Below are positions 1 to 13,750 of a stretch of DNA of 64,000 nucleotides, one piece after another (position 1 is the stretch's first letter; every line of letters starts with the position of its first letter). Origin of the DNA: Chiloscyllium plagiosum (Eukaryota); the NCBI RefSeq assembly GCF_004010195.1, contig NC_057718.1, positions 53,261,015 to 53,325,014 on the forward strand, given 5' to 3'. The notes beneath the pieces are model-generated. The model had not been told where the DNA came from. It saw nothing but the letters and a program-made list of their open reading frames with translations, and made no database searches. The position numbers and the translations under genes were made by a program.

Positions 1-4
1 ACGC

Positions 5-292
5 TTCAGGCTCTCTGCCTTTATTCCTGATGAAAGACTTTTGCCCGAAACGTCAATTTTACTGCTCCTCTGTGCTCTTCCAGCACCACTAATCCAAAAT
101 CTGGTTTCTAGCATCTGCAGTCATTGTTTTTACCTAAGTAACCGCACAGAAACTTCAGGCTCTCTGCCTTTATTCCTGATGAAAGACTTTTGCCCGAAAC
201 GTCAATTTTACTGCTCCTCTGTGCTCTTCCAGCACCACTAATCCAAAATCTGGTTTCTAGCATCTGCAGTCATTGTTTTTACCTAAGTAACC
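5..292 (+). repeat. tandem duplication (period ~148 bp) of a Penelope-like 3' end; each copy has a degenerate hammerhead core
   Basis: 5-143 matches 153-292; CTGATGA...GAAACGTC at 27-54 and 175-202. Confidence 0.8.
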
Positions 293-1013
293 AGCACAGA
301 AACACAGAAGGCAAAACTGCTTGCTAGTATAGATACAGAAGACAAAACAAGCTGCAGTTGCTGCCTTTTGCCCATAACTGATTATGCCCATTTACGGTCA
401 TACAGCTTGTTGAGTATCATCAGCAATCTCAGCCTTTCAGCCCATCTATACATTCTATGTTTTTTTCATGCAGCTGTCGAATATCATCATTAACCTTTGG
501 TCCTTTGGCCCACCCAATACAGAATGTTTGCAAAAATTGGAGGAGTTGTAGATAGTGAGGAAAGTTGTCAAATGAAAAGGCAGGTTATAGAAAGCTTGGA
601 TAAGCAACTAAGATTGCTGACCACATTTATAACACCTTTTAGAAGGCTTTGCTTGACCAGCTTACTGTTTGGAATTGCAACTACTCCAGAGACTAGCCAC
701 CAAATTATACCAAACATTTTGCAAGGTTTTCATGGAGTCATATGCCACGTGGATAACATATTGATCCATGTAGCAATGATTGAAGAGCATTATTATATAA
801 TGGACACTGTATTGAAACATTCAGGAGGACCTCATAGTTAACAATAAGAATCTCCATTTGTTTTTCTTTCTGGGATATGTTGATAAAGTGAAGGATAAGG
901 ACTGATCTTCAGAAGATTAAATTCTTTAAAGAAATCCAAGCTCCAAAGTTTGTCCAGTATCCTCAAAGATGCATGGGTTTGGTGAATGGTTGGTGAAGAT
1001 TTTGCCTATCAAG

Positions 1014-3621
1014 CCAATGTGTACAGGAGGGTTTCCTGACACAGTATATCGAAGGGCTGACAAGAGGGGAGGCCCCACTGGATCTGGTGCTTGGTAATGA
1101 ACCAGGCCAGGAGGTTGATTTAGTTGTTGGTGAACACTTTGGAGAGAGGAACGATAATACAGTTACGTTTAGTTTAATGATGGAAAGGGATAATGATGCC
1201 ACAGGTCAAGAAATATTGATGGGGCAAGAGCAATTATAATGCGATTAGGCAAAACTTAGGATGCATAGAATGGGGTAGCAAAATGCAGGGGATGAGGACA
1301 ATCGAAATGTGGAGCCGGTTTAAGGAACAGATATTGCATGTCCTTTATAGGTATGTCCCTGTCAGGCAGGAAGGAAGTGATAAGGTAAGGGAACCGTGGT
1401 TTACCTCAGAAATTGCATCTCTTGTTAAGTGGAAAAAGGAGGCTTATGTGTTGATGAGACAGATGAGGTTCAGATGAGGTGATGGAGAGTTACAGATCAG
1501 CTAGGAAGGATTTAAAGAGAGTTAAGAAAAACAAAGAGAGACACAAACAGTCTTTAGCAAATAGAATAAAGGAGAACCCTAAAACTTTCTATAGGTATGT
1601 GAGGAGTAGGGCCAGTAAAAGACAGAAGTGGGAAGTTGAGTGTGGACCCTGTGGAGATCGGAGAGGTGCTAAACAAACATTTCTCATCGATTTTCACTCA
1701 GGAAAAGGGGAATATTGTAGAGGAGAAGAATGAGATACGAGATATTAGACTAGAAAGGATCACGCTTAGTTACGAAGAGGAGTTATCAATTCTAGAAAGA
1801 ATGAAAGGAGACAAGTCCACTGGGCTAGATGAGATTTATCTGAGGATTCTCTGGGAATCTAGGGAGGAGATAGCAGAGCCTTTGGCTTTGATATTTAGTC
1901 ATCATTGACTACAGGTTTAGTACAGAGGACTGGAGGACTGCAAATGTGTGCCCTTGTTCAAGAAGGGCAGTAGAGATGACCCAGGTAATTACAGACCAGT
2001 GAGCCTTACTTCTGTTGTAGGAAAGGTTTTGGAAAGGATTATAAGAGATAAGATTTATAATTATCTAGCAACCAACAATTTGATTTCAGATAGTAAACAT
2101 GGTTTCGCCAAGGGCAGGTCATGTCTCACAAACCTCATTGAGTTTTTTGAGAAGGTGACCAAGCATGTAGATGAGGGTAGGGCAGTTGATGTGGTATAGA
2201 TGGACTTCAGTAAAGTCTTTGATAAAGTTCCACATGGTAGGCTGTTGGAGAAAATGCAGAGGCATGGGATTGAGGGTGATTTAGTAGTTTGGATTAGAAA
2301 CTGGCTTTCTGAAAGAAGGCAGCGAGTGGTGGTTGATGGAAAATATTCAGCCTGGAGTCAGGTTACTAGTGGTGTGCCACAAGGATCTGTTTTGGGACCA
2401 CTGCTGTTTGTCATTTTTATAAATGACTTAGAAGTAGTATAGGTGGATGGATTAGTAAATTTGCAGATGACACTAAAGTCGGTGGAGTAGTGGACATTTT
2501 GGAAGACTGTTACAAGTTGCAGGGGGACTTCGATAAACTGCAGAATTGGGCTGAGAGGTGGCAAATGGAGTTCAATGCAGCTAAATGTGAGGCGATGCAC
2601 TTTGGGAAGAATAAGAGGAAGGCAGAGTACTGGGTCAATGAAAAGATTGTTGGTAGTGTGGATACGCAGAGGGATCGTGGAGTCCATGTACATAGATCCC
2701 TGAAAGTCGCCGTCCAGGTGGATAGTGAGCGGCACGGTGTCACAGTGGTTAGCACTGCTGCCTCACAGCACCAGAGACCCGGGTTCAATTCCCGCCTCAG
2801 GCGACTGTCTGTGTGGAGTTTGCACTTTCTCCCCGTGTCTGCGTGGGTTTCCTCCAGGTGCTCTGGTTTCCTCCTACAGTCCAAAAATGTGCAAGTTAGG
2901 TGAATTGGCCATGCTAAATTGCCCGTAGTATTAGGTGAAGGGGTAAATATAGGGGTTGTGCTTTGGCGGGTCGGTGTGGACTTGTTGGGCCAAAGGGCCT
3001 GTTTCCACACTGTAAGTAATCTAATCTAATCTAGTCAAAAAAAGGTGTGTTAGGTTTCATTGGCAGAGGGATTGAGTTCCAGAGTCACAATATCATGCTG
3101 CAGCTATACAAAATGCTCGTGCGACTGCACTTGGAATATTGTGTACAGTTTCAGTCACTATATTTTGGGAAGAATATGGAAGCATTGGAAAAGGTGCAGA
3201 GGAGATTTACCAGGATATTGCCTGGTCTGGAGTGAAGATCTTATGAGGAAAGGCTGAGAGACTTGGGTCTATTCTCATTGGAAAGAAGAAGGCTAAGAGG
3301 GGATTTGATAGAGACATACAAGATGATCAGAGGATTAGACAGGGTAGACAGTGAAAGTCTTTTTCTTAGGATGATGATGTCTGCATAGCTACAAATTGAG
3401 GGATGATAGATTTAAGACAGATGATGTCAGAGGCAGGTTCTTTACCCTGAGAGTGGTAAGGGTGTGGAATGCCCTACCTTCCAATGTAGTTAACTCAGCC
3501 ACACTAGGGAGATTTAAACAATCCTTGGATAAGCACATGGATGATGATGGGATAGTGTAGGGGGACAAGCTGAGGGCTGAAGGGCCTGTTCTGTGCTGTA
3601 TTGTTCTATGTTCTATGTTCT
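1014..3621 (+). mobile_element. 5'-truncated CR1 LINE (end of APE endonuclease, RT, 3' UTR)
   Basis: [51 protein letters not shown]; (GTTCTAT)n tail. Confidence 0.95.
2727..3033 (+). mobile_element. V-SINE (tRNA-derived) nested in the CR1
   Basis: A/B-box-like head, V domain tctgtgtggagtttgcac, TAATC tail. Confidence 0.9.
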
Positions 3622-4272
3622 AAGCATTCCTGAACCCGTGAGACAATGCCTCAAGAAAACATCCTCATCAAGAGATCACCTTTAAGAAAATATTAATATA
3701 TACAGATGTTTTATCACATTATATACCTTTATTTCCAGCAATAATAGCTCTCAATGCTTCAGCTGCAGGTTTACCAGCTGTAGTTTTCCAGGAGCAGTCA
3801 GATGGGGGCCACAAATCAGTCTATTAAACATCACGGGCATTACCAATTTTAGAAACACAATAGGCTATAATTAAGAAAGACGCTCTTTCAGTTACACGGT
3901 CTTGTAGGATTTCAGATTACATTCTTGACCCGAAAGTGGTCACTGAAACCAATTACAGAAGTTTAGCTTCTCAACTGATTGAGAAGTATAATGCAAGAAT
4001 GCCTTCAAGGATGCAAAGGTTTTGACTTCACCTCTTAAAGAACACTTACAAAACAATCAATATGTAAGGAAAGCTGGAGGCAGAGCAATCACTGGCAGCC
4101 TTACAGTCGTGTTACCGATTTCATCCTGAGTATAGGAGTTGGGACATCATCTGAGGTTGTACAGGACATTGGTGAAACTTCTTCTGAGTACTCTGTACTG
4201 TTCTGGTCAACTTGTTTTGGAAAAATGTTATTAAATTACAGAGGATTTAGAAAACATTTGCCAAGATGATAC

Positions 4273-4872
4273 AGGAGTTGGGAGGTCATGTTGCGGCTGT
4301 ACAGGACATTGGTTAGGCCACTGTTGGAGTATTGCGTGCAATTCTGGTCTCCTTCCTATCGGAAAGATGTTGTGAAACTTGAAAGGGTTCAGAAAAGATT
4401 TATAAGGTTGTTGCCAGGGTTGGAGGATTTGAGCTATAGCGAGAGGCTGAACAGGCTGGGGCTGTTTTCTCTGGAACGTCGGAGGCTGACAGGTGACCTG
4501 ATAGAAGTTTACAAAATTATGAGGGGCATGGATAGGATAAATAGACAAAGTCTTTTCCCTGGGGTCAGGGAGTTCAGAACTAGAGGGCATAGGTTTAGGG
4601 TGAGAGGGGAAAGATATAAAAGAGACCTAAGGGGCAACTTTTTCAAGCAGAGGGTGGTACGTGTATGGAATGAGCTGCCAGACGATGTGGTGGAGGCTGG
4701 TACAATTGCAACATTTAAGAGGCATTTGGATGGGTATATGAATAGGAAAGGTTTGGAGGGATATGGGCCGGGTGCTGGCAGGTGGGACTAGATTGGGTTG
4801 GGATATCTGGTAGGCATGGACGGGTTAGACCGAAGGGTCTGTTTCCATGCTGTACGACTCTATGACTCTATG
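4273..4872 (+). mobile_element. CR1 3' fragment
   Basis: LVRPLLEYCVQFWSP...LERRRL; ATGACTCT tail. Confidence 0.95.
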
Positions 4873-6069
4873 TGGATCACATGAGCTCCCAAAAGGCATT
4901 TAATAATGGATGGTTTGCTCGCTGAGTTGGACGGTTTATTTTCAGATGTTTCGTCAAACCTACATCCAGAACATCAACCTGAGCTCCAGATCTTCTCAAA
5001 ACCCGCTGGCATTGAATAATGTGCTGCACAACAGACAATGAGTCAAGTAATATCTCATGAAATTAAAGGGACCATCATGACATGGAAACAAAACTGGTCT
5101 CGTGACAAGAAACAAAAACATAGAGGTTAATGAATAGGTTTTTGGCTTGGAGGAAGTTTTGTAGTGAGCTCCCCAGGAGTGAGGGGTAGGTTTCCTGCTC
5201 TTCCTGATTTATGTAAATGGCCTTGGCCTGGTACTCAAGGCACAACTTTAAAATTTGTGGCTGATATGAAACTTAGGAGCATTATAGACAGAGGCATTTA
5301 AGAAGAAGTTTATGTATTATGGGGAAAGGAGAAAATCAAGCAGGCCTGCAGGAAAAGGGATGGAATCAATTTAATTGTTCCTTTGGAAACTTAGTGTTAA
5401 CAGAATGATCTAAATGCTGTCCTGATCCTGTAACTGCTCTGTGATTCTGGGAGATGTATAAGAAAAGCACCAATAACAAATAGACATTACAAAACTGTAA
5501 TAACCATTAGATTACATATCGCTTTAATCTTTCACAAGTGAAAACACATTATTGCATTTTCTTATTTAAAATTGAATCTAATTCATGTCGTCGAGAGTAT
5601 TTATTCAGTATATACACTACCTTTATCACTGGCCCATAATGAGGCTTACCAGTTATGGAGTTTTAAGACTGGCGAAAAATAAAGTAATACACTCAATGGA
5701 ACCTGTTTGTTGAGTGTCAATAACTTTCCGTTCTTAAGTCATGCAGGAAATGGCATTTTAGTGGCAAATCTTACATTTTTTTTAGCAAAGTGTGAGTTTC
5801 ATCAAGTGCCTTCCATGAAGCCTTGTGAGGTTTCTCATCATATCTGAGCAATCTTGCCTCATTGCTTACCACCTCCACCAATATTGTGTCCCTCTCATCC
5901 GATTCCATCCTCATTTTACCACACGCTGTTACCGAGACAAATTCATCACTCACCAGATATCTGCTGAAAGATTGGCATCCCTTGCGTCTACTCTATCTTT
6001 AAAAGGCTATTGTTCAACCGGACAGGCCCTGCGCAGTTCCTGACATGTTCCTGGACACACTGACCAGGA

Positions 6070-6278
6070 AAAATTGCAGGCAAGGTCTTGGAGGTCCTGC
6101 TGGAAGGAATACTGCAGATACAGAATTTCCTTCTGCCCCCAGACAGTATGGGCTCTGTAACGCCAGACCATGCTGGCTCTGCCTGAGATGGTTGCCTGGA
6201 TTTAGTGCCATTCCAGCCATCTGGAGGAATGCCTTGCATTGTGGGTCAAAGGTCAAAGTACTTCTCCGCTCTATCAGC
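6070..6278 (+). mobile_element. degenerate Myb/SANT-like exon (PIF/Harbinger ORF2 type), copy 1
   Basis: LEVLLEGILQ...AWxSAIPAIWRNALHCGSKVKVLLRSIS|gtaagt, with frameshifts. Confidence 0.55.
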
Positions 6279-6997
6279 GTAAGTGCCACCATCTACTCTC
6301 TAGATTTAGATTTTAGATTTTATTGTCATATTTACTCAAGTACAGGGTACAAGAGTATAGTGAAAAGTATACAATGTTGCCACATGATGCCATCTTAGGT
6401 AAAAAATCTCAGTTACAGGAATAGAGAAATAAAAAATAAAATATTAAGTTTAGCACTATGGTCTTCTTAGCATAAAAGTAGAAAAATAAAGAAATAAAGT
6501 TAAAAAATCAACGTTACAGTCTTTTCTTAGGCCATGGACCCGAGGGCTCGCTCTCCACATTGGGCTAAGACCTGCCCGGGCATGCCAGGCTTTGGCCCTG
6601 ACTGCTGCATCACTGCTGACCACCACTGTCATCATCCCTCTAATACCTCCCACTAAGGCTCTTGCTCAATCACTCTCAGTACTGCCGACAATATCTTCCC
6701 TCACCTGCTGTCACCCCCAGTGTCAGACACTGCTAACCCTGTAAAATGACAAAGGTAACTGCCATTACTTTTACTGCTAAAGGCAAATTTGAGTGATGTC
6801 TCAACAGGTATTAAAACAACAGGCAAGGTTTAAGTAACAGGCCTTTAATATATACAGCAGAGGTAATTCAGCATTTCCAGGGTGAAATGAGGTGTCGAGA
6901 ACAAGGAGTTCAAGTTCCTACCTGGTCAAGTACACCTCCAGGTCCAGCACTGTCAGTCCAGACCTATCCTGCAGGGTTAGTGTGAAGCACCCTGGAC

Positions 6998-8700
6998 ATG
7001 GTGGACAAAGGGAAATTAATATCTTACTTTGCTGACAAGGATTTGGAAGTTCTGTTGGATAGGCTGTTATAATGAAGCTGTCCTCTTCCCTCGGGACTGG
7101 CAGACAAGATCACAACATCAGATGCTGCCAACTTGGTTGGAGCTAGCCAGCTGGATCTGTGCTGTATCCACAATCCAGAGGAATGCCCAACAATACAAAA
7201 AGAAGAACAATGACCTTCTCTGTTCTGTGAGAGTAACGACCAACATTTTCTGTCTGCTATCTCATTCCATCTCTTTCACTGCACACATCTCTCGCCAAAA
7301 CCTATGGTTTACTACTGCCACTATTGCATGCAGCAACTTGTCACCCACTATGTCATCCCCAGGCTTTTAACTGTGTACACCAACTGTGCTGCCTACACAC
7401 TCACTCACTCAGGACACTTCACCACATTTTCACCACCTGCACTGCCACTAACTTATTTTAGCCACTTTTATCTCACTCAATCCCTCCCTTTGTCTTATTC
7501 CAGGAGCAATCAACCCACAACAGTACAGAGAGAGTCAAGATGAGTGATGGGGCACCTAACATTTGGTTCCTCACCTCTGCAAGATGAGATACCTGACCCT
7601 GACTAGTGAGTACTGCGACTGCACATGTTGGGCTACCAAATATCCTTGTCCCAACAACTAAGAAAGAATCATTGATCACTGTTGTGCTGTGCTCCCGTGA
7701 TCACTCTGTGAATTTATTGTTGAGACTAGATTCCCTACAGTGTGGATTCAGGCCCTTCAGCCCCACAAGTCCACACAGACCCTCCGAACAGTATCCCACG
7801 CAGACCATTTCCCTCTGACTAATGCACCTAACGCTATGGGCAATTTAGCATGGTCAATTCACCTGACCTGCACATCTTTGGACTGTGGGAGAAAACCAGA
7901 GCACCCGGAGGAAACCCACACAGACACAGGGAGAATGTGCAAACTCCACAAAGACAGTTGCCCAAGGCTGGAACCAAACCTGGGACCCTGGTGCTATGAG
8001 GCAACAGTACTACCCACTGAGCCACCATGATGCTTCAATTAAAGTGTTTGAAATTCTTTTGTGAAGCATTCTTTTGTCTCCCAGAGGTATTAATTGCACC
8101 TGCATGGTCTCCTCAGTTGAACGGGCAGCTCTGCAAGACATCTCCCCCTCAAACTCTGAGAAAAAAGTCATTGAACGCTCAGTGGGATTTCAACCAGGTT
8201 CTCTCCTGTACCCTCCAGCAACTCAGACACTGGAACCTCATGCAGGAATTTAGCAAAGTTATAGTCAGGAGTAGACATTGATGAGCACCTCTCTGCCAAG
8301 AACAAACTGTCCAGGACACTGGCACTCCGAGGATTGTAAGAGACCAGGGACTTGCACAACTCCAGGTACCAGAGGACTCCACGGTGCTGGCAATTAAGAA
8401 CTTCACAGAAATGGACAAGCATACACACAAGCAATGGGCAGGTTTGGAGGGGATGCTGAAAAAATGACTCAGTGTCAGAGAATCCCCGATGCTGTTTGTG
8501 CCTTACTGCCTGTTGCATGTGACTGTCTGATTGACTCCATTGACAGGCTGGTGGCTGCTATAAATATCCAGGTCCAGGACTCTCACACAGATCTTCACTC
8601 CATTGCTCTATGCATTGGTGCTCAGCACCAGTGGTAAGGCAACAGGAGAAATGAGTGACCTTGAGCTAACTCCAAGTGCACTCACAAGAGACAAGGCAGT
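6998..8700 (+). mobile_element. decayed Harbinger-type Myb/SANT gene, copy 2 (exons ~6998-7232, ~7504-7610, ~8370-8700)
   Basis: YFADKDLEVLLD...AVLFPRDW..WLELASWICAVSTIQRNAQQYKKKNNDLLCSVR|gt, then EQSTHNSTERVKMSDGAPNIWFLTS, resembling the TGGG-P motif. Confidence 0.6.
7727..8027 (-). mobile_element. V-SINE
   Basis: reverse complement of the 2727-3033 family. Confidence 0.9.
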
Positions 8701-9135
8701 GCCGATAAGCATCAAACAGAGGAGTAACCATATATCTGCACTGCAGAGATCTCCTCTCAGAATGCTCCAGATGTGCCCAGGCCCTCTACATTGCCTGACT
8801 GCCGTCCTGATGGCCTGTGGGTGCACATGACTCTTGGGCTGGGGGGTGGGGGGGAGGGGGGGAGGAGGGGGCCAGCAAATCAAAACTCCAATGGGGTAAT
8901 GGAGGGCAAGCTTCCTCCATTGTACTGTAGAACCTAGGATTGCATCTTGATGTAGTAGGATGGAAGGGGGAAATGAGCCCTTCTGACATGCCACTGTAAA
9001 TAAACTCCCACATTTGTAAATTTCACCATCAGCCATGTGAGCGAATGCCTCTGTAGCTGCAACTACAAGACTGAAGAGCCAAGTCATCCTTTGATGTGAC
9101 ATGACGCTTACTTTTCCAAGACATGAAGTTTTCAT

Positions 9136-9874
9136 TTAGATAAAAGTGAGGTGCTGCATTTTGGGAAAACAAATCAGAGCAGGACTTATACACTTAATGG
9201 TAATGTCCTGGGGAGTGTTGCTGAACAAAGAGTGGAGATTCAAAGCTCCTTGAAAGTGAAGTCGCAGGTAGATAGGATAGTGAAGAAGGCGTTTGGTATG
9301 CTTTCCTTTATTGGTCAGAGTATTGAGGGCAGGAGTTGGGAGGTCATGTTGTGGCTGTTCAGGACATTGGTTAGGCCACTGTTGGAATATTGCATGCAAT
9401 TCTGGTCTCCTTCCTATCGGAAGGATAGTATGAAACTAGAAAGGGTTCAGAAAAGATTTAAAAGCATGTTGCCAATTATGGAGGGTTTGAGCTATAGGGA
9501 GAGGTTGAATAGACTGGGGCTGTTTTCCCTGGAGCATTGGAGGTTGAGGGGTGATCTTACAGAGATTGATAAAATCATGAGGGGCATGGATAGGATAAAT
9601 AGACAAGGTCTTTTCCCTGAGATGGGGGAATCCAGAACTAGAGGGCATTGGTTTAGGGTGAGAGGGCAAAGATATAAAAGGGACCTAAGGGCCAGAGGAA
9701 GTGGTGGAGGCTAGTACAATTACAATATTCAAAAGGCATCTGGATAGGAAGGGTTAAGAGGGATATTGGCCAAGTGCTGGCAAATCGGACTAGATTAATT
9801 TAGGAAATCTGGTCAGCATGGACAAGTTGGGTCGAAGGGTCTGTTTCTGTGCTGTGCATCTCTATGATTCTATG
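9136..9874 (+). mobile_element. CR1 3' fragment
   Basis: ORF 9151..9714 is the CR1 RT C-terminus; ATGATTCT tail. Confidence 0.95.
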
Positions 9875-10089
9875 AACAGCTCATGCAGGCTGTAGGATCT
9901 TGGAGGTGACTGTTCCTTTGGCAGTGAGAGTGAATCTTTCCAGGCCACAATACTTTGTTTGCGGATTGCAGCTATTCATGGAAGTGATTCGTAACATTGC
10001 AGAGCTTTGTCAAGAATGCTTCATGTCAGGATTTCAACTCCACAAATACATCAATAGCAAAGGATCATACACAGTGGTTAGTGCTTTCA

Positions 10090-10590
10090 AAAACAGAAAG
10101 AACTGCAAATGCTATAAATCAGGAACAAAAACAGAAGTTGCTGGAAAAGCTCAGCAAGCCTGGCAGCATCTGTGAAGAAAAATCAGAGTTAACATTTTGA
10201 CTCTGGTGACCTTACGTCAGAACTGATTGTAACATGGAAAGTGTTGGATTATATGCAGAAGATAGGATTGGATAGTGGTGGTGGTGGTGGGGGAAGGGGT
10301 GGTTGGGTAAGGAGTAAACAATAGACAGGGATAGATAGAGCCCAAAGAGAGAGAAGAACAGTGTAACAGACAAAGGAGTCGATAACGATCTGGCTGGGAG
10401 GGTGAATAGCTGTTAATGGAGTGTGTAATGGCAGACTGTGAGATAACAAGGCCTGGTGTGTGGGGTAGGGGACCAGTACATGGGAGAGTTCAGACCCTAA
10501 AATTATTGAATGTTAACTCTTATTTTTCTTCACAGATGCTGCCAGATCTGCTGAGCTTTTCCAGCAACTTCTGTTTATGTTCCTGGTTAG
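10090..10590. mobile_element. Penelope-like remnant with inverted termini
   Basis: 10120-10195 is inverted at 10510-10587; same family as 57210-58885. Confidence 0.7.
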
Positions 10591-11297
10591 TGCTCTCAGA
10601 TGAGTTTTGCTACACTGTGTGGGTGACCATTTAACATTAAAGCACTTTGATGGACTTTTCATCACACAAAAGTGAAATCCCCACCCTCACAGACTGGCAT
10701 GTTTAACCCACTCCCTCTGGGTATGGTGAGCACTAAGAGAGCAGGCAGGAATCCCTGAGATGTGCCACGGCCCAGTGTATGAGTTGGGGGCTTGATCCTG
10801 AACATAAAGTACTGGCAGCAGCCTTACAATGAGAAACGTTACTAGGCTTCAAAGTGCATCATTAGAGTGCAGAACCATCTTACAAGTGGATTGGAGATGT
10901 ACCATGAGGGGGCAGTGAAGCTGGTATGTGTTAAATGTCAATGATCATGGATGGGAGGGCAGGGGGTTACCAGCAACTGCAGCCCATAGAGCATGCCCTG
11001 AGATATTGGAGACTACTGTTCAAGATGGAGGGCTGGGGGAACAAGCAGTAAGCTGGAGTACCCGCTTGGAATTTCGGGAATTGCCACCATCTGCTTTCTA
11101 CAAACTGAATGTCAGTGGAGTGAGCTGAACTAATAATGACGTGCTAATGCATGCAAATGAATAAAAACAGATGAGATTCTCATCTCACTATTCCAACTCT
11201 CGGTTGAAAAGTACTTATTCACCTTACCGTCAAGAATCTCTTTGCTGCTGATCTCACCCTATTTTTCAACTTTCTCATCAATGGGGCTAGAATCACC

Positions 11298-12785
11298 GAG
11301 AGGCTGGCAAGATACTGTCCATAATTACAGTACACGCAGTGCCAATTCTCCAAATCACATTCCCTTTGAAGGTGAATAACTGTAGATATAATAACATCTC
11401 TGGTGTCCCAGAAATAAGGCATCAACAATTGGTGCAACAATACAGTAGGCAGACGTAGCAGGTTTGGGAAAGTAAGCTTTTATCATCTTGGATTTTCCTT
11501 TGGTATCATAAGGTTACACTCAAACCAGTCCTTACCACTCCCCCATTACCCAAAAACTAGAACTTAGGGAAAATCAAACTGAGCAAGTCTTTCATTCAAA
11601 ACATTATAAACTTTGTCTTGTTTTAACATAGCTGTTTTTTCAAAACATCCTAACCCACTCTTGTGATGTCTTTTCTCCATAGTACCTCTGTGCATCCATA
11701 AGTTAAGAATATATTAGATTAATAACCAGAGGAAATCAGTTCAAACTCCACCATGGTCAGTTACGGATTTCAAACGAATGAATATAGTTTACTTCTGTTC
11801 TACAATAGAAAATATGAGGAGGAATGATCTGAAAATTTCTGGATTTTCATAAGAAAACAATAGGTTCTTCATGGATACGATGTTGTTATCTCAGTATGAC
11901 TGTACCATATGTGCCCCTGGTCTCCTCTCTGTTGTTAAATAATCATGCCCTTTGGGAATAGACATTAAATGTTGCCATGTCAATATCTCACAATCCAATT
12001 GCACATTCAAAAATAGGTGATATACCAAAGGATTAAAATGTACATTAAAATGAGTATGAAAAACTGGCATAAAATGGAATGGAAAGAACAGCCAGAAACC
12101 TATTTTGCTCAGAGGGATTATTATCCAACATAAATTTAATTTTTGATTCTATTGAAAACTTATTTTGTTTGTCACCATGATTATCTTCATTAACTTTTTT
12201 TTAACAATAAATCAGCAAAAAATACATTTGGAAATGTTTGGAATGCCATAGTAGTATTGAACAGGCAAATTATGTGAACAGAACAAGTGGGATCGCAAAA
12301 GTTGCTTTATTTTCTGATATTTCCACTTCAGCATTCACAGTTATGAGTCTTTGTTTTATGTGCAGTTCTGCAGATCACTCACTGCCTGTCTGTGTTGGAA
12401 AGATCATCTCTCAAATTACCTTTTGTATGTGTGTGTGTGTGTGGGGGGGGGGGGAGGCGGGATAATCAAAGTTTCCAAGTGCATTCAAAGAGTTCTATGC
12501 AGCAATGAATACAGGTAAAAGGAAGTCAACAGAGCCAGTAGCAGATTTGCAAGACACTCAATCTGTTTTGCCATCTGTGCTCAGCTCAGATGTATTTTTT
12601 ACGAAGTTACTACATAACTTAGCATCTGTGACTTTAAATTTCAAATTACTAGGTACAATTTTAATGTTTTCATGCAAAAGGAAAGTTACCCTCTCCTCAA
12701 CCCTCCTGTGATGATGGCTGGAATATTCTGTTTCTTGTGTGGTTGATTGACACATTGGCTGAAACATGGGGCTGGAAGTTTACAG
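11298..12785 (-). pseudogene. pseudo-exons 12785-12690, 12609-~12225, ~11563-11298
   Basis: acceptor ctgatttgcag|, donor gg|gtaact, 80-nt intron with a phase-2 match; peptides ELHIKQRLITVNAEVEISENKATFAIPLVLF and PYDTKGKSKMIKAYFPKPATSAYCIVAPIVDALFLGHQRCYYIYSYSPSKGM. Confidence 0.5.
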
Positions 12786-12837
12786 CTGCAAATCAGGCAA
12801 AGTTACACATACATCAATAAAACGTGATTATCTTCAC

Positions 12838-13750
12838 AGAATCATAGAGCTGTTATGGCATAGAAACAAGCCATTCAGTCCATCTTGTCTGCTCTAGCTC
12901 ATTAAATGAGCATCATTACCTAGACCCAATCTCCTGTTCATTTCCCATATCCCTGAACATTATTTTTATCCAAATAATTATCCAAATCCCTCTTGAACTC
13001 CTCCACTGAACTTGCCTCTACCACACTTCCTGAAGAAGGGTTACACCTGAAACATTGACTTCTCCACCTCCTGATGCTGCCTGACTTGCTGTGTTCTTCC
13101 ACACTCCTACCTATCTACTCTACCACACTTCCAGGCAATGCATCTCAATACCCTAACCACTCATGAAGTGAGACATTATTCCTCTCTTCACATTCTCTTC
13201 TTTTTCAGGTCATGTTAAATTAATTTTTCCTCGTTCTTGTTCCTTTTGTAAGCAAGAACAGTTTCTCCCTGTCTACCCTATCCATTCTGCTCATGATTTT
13301 GAAAATCTCTATTAGATTTCCTCTTAGCCTTTTCTCTCTATAGAGAAGTCCCAATTTATTTATCCTTATCCCTGGAAACATTCTGAGAAACTGCTTCTGC
13401 ACTCTCACCAATGCATCCACAACCTTCCTATAATTTGGCACCCAGATCTGTGCACAATATTCCAGCTGAGGTCTTGCAAGTTCAGCATCAGCTTCTTTCT
13501 CTTGCATTGGGCCCCTATTAATAAAGCTGAGGATACTGCATGCTTTACTTACTGCTCCCTACCTGTCTGCCAATTTCAATGACCTGTGCATGTATAGATG
13601 CAGTGCTTTCTGCTCCTGCACACCCTCTTGGAAACTCATCTCATGTTTTATACTATTCAATATTCTTTCTACCAAAATCTCACATTTCTCTGGATTGAAA
13701 CTCATCTGCTAACTATCCATTTACTCCAACAACCTGTCAATGTTCTTTTT
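12838..13750 (-). mobile_element. CR1 3' fragment with a nested Penelope-derived insert (13031-13117)
   Basis: RPQLEYCAQIWVP; insert flanked by 15-bp direct repeat ctctaccacacttcc (13016-13030, 13118-13132). Confidence 0.85.

Larger units (their letters stand above)
560..4100 (+). mobile_element. decayed Gypsy LTR-retrotransposon pol (RT ~600-1010, RNase H ~3625-4050) split by a CR1
   Basis: LTTFITPF..LLFGIATTPE..QGFHGVICHVDNILIH resembles Gypsy RT; an RNase H-like NASAAGL.AVVFQEQSDG..SRAL..IKKDALSVT resumes after the CR1. Confidence 0.75.

Noticed and set aside
2727..2800. tRNA-like sequences at SINE heads
   Set aside because: They are V-SINE heads without a complete cloverleaf.
2358..3010. 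Long ORFs over CR1 and V-SINE (also 7740-8030, 35297-35660, 44851-45330)
   Set aside because: Antisense or SINE-derived spurious frames.
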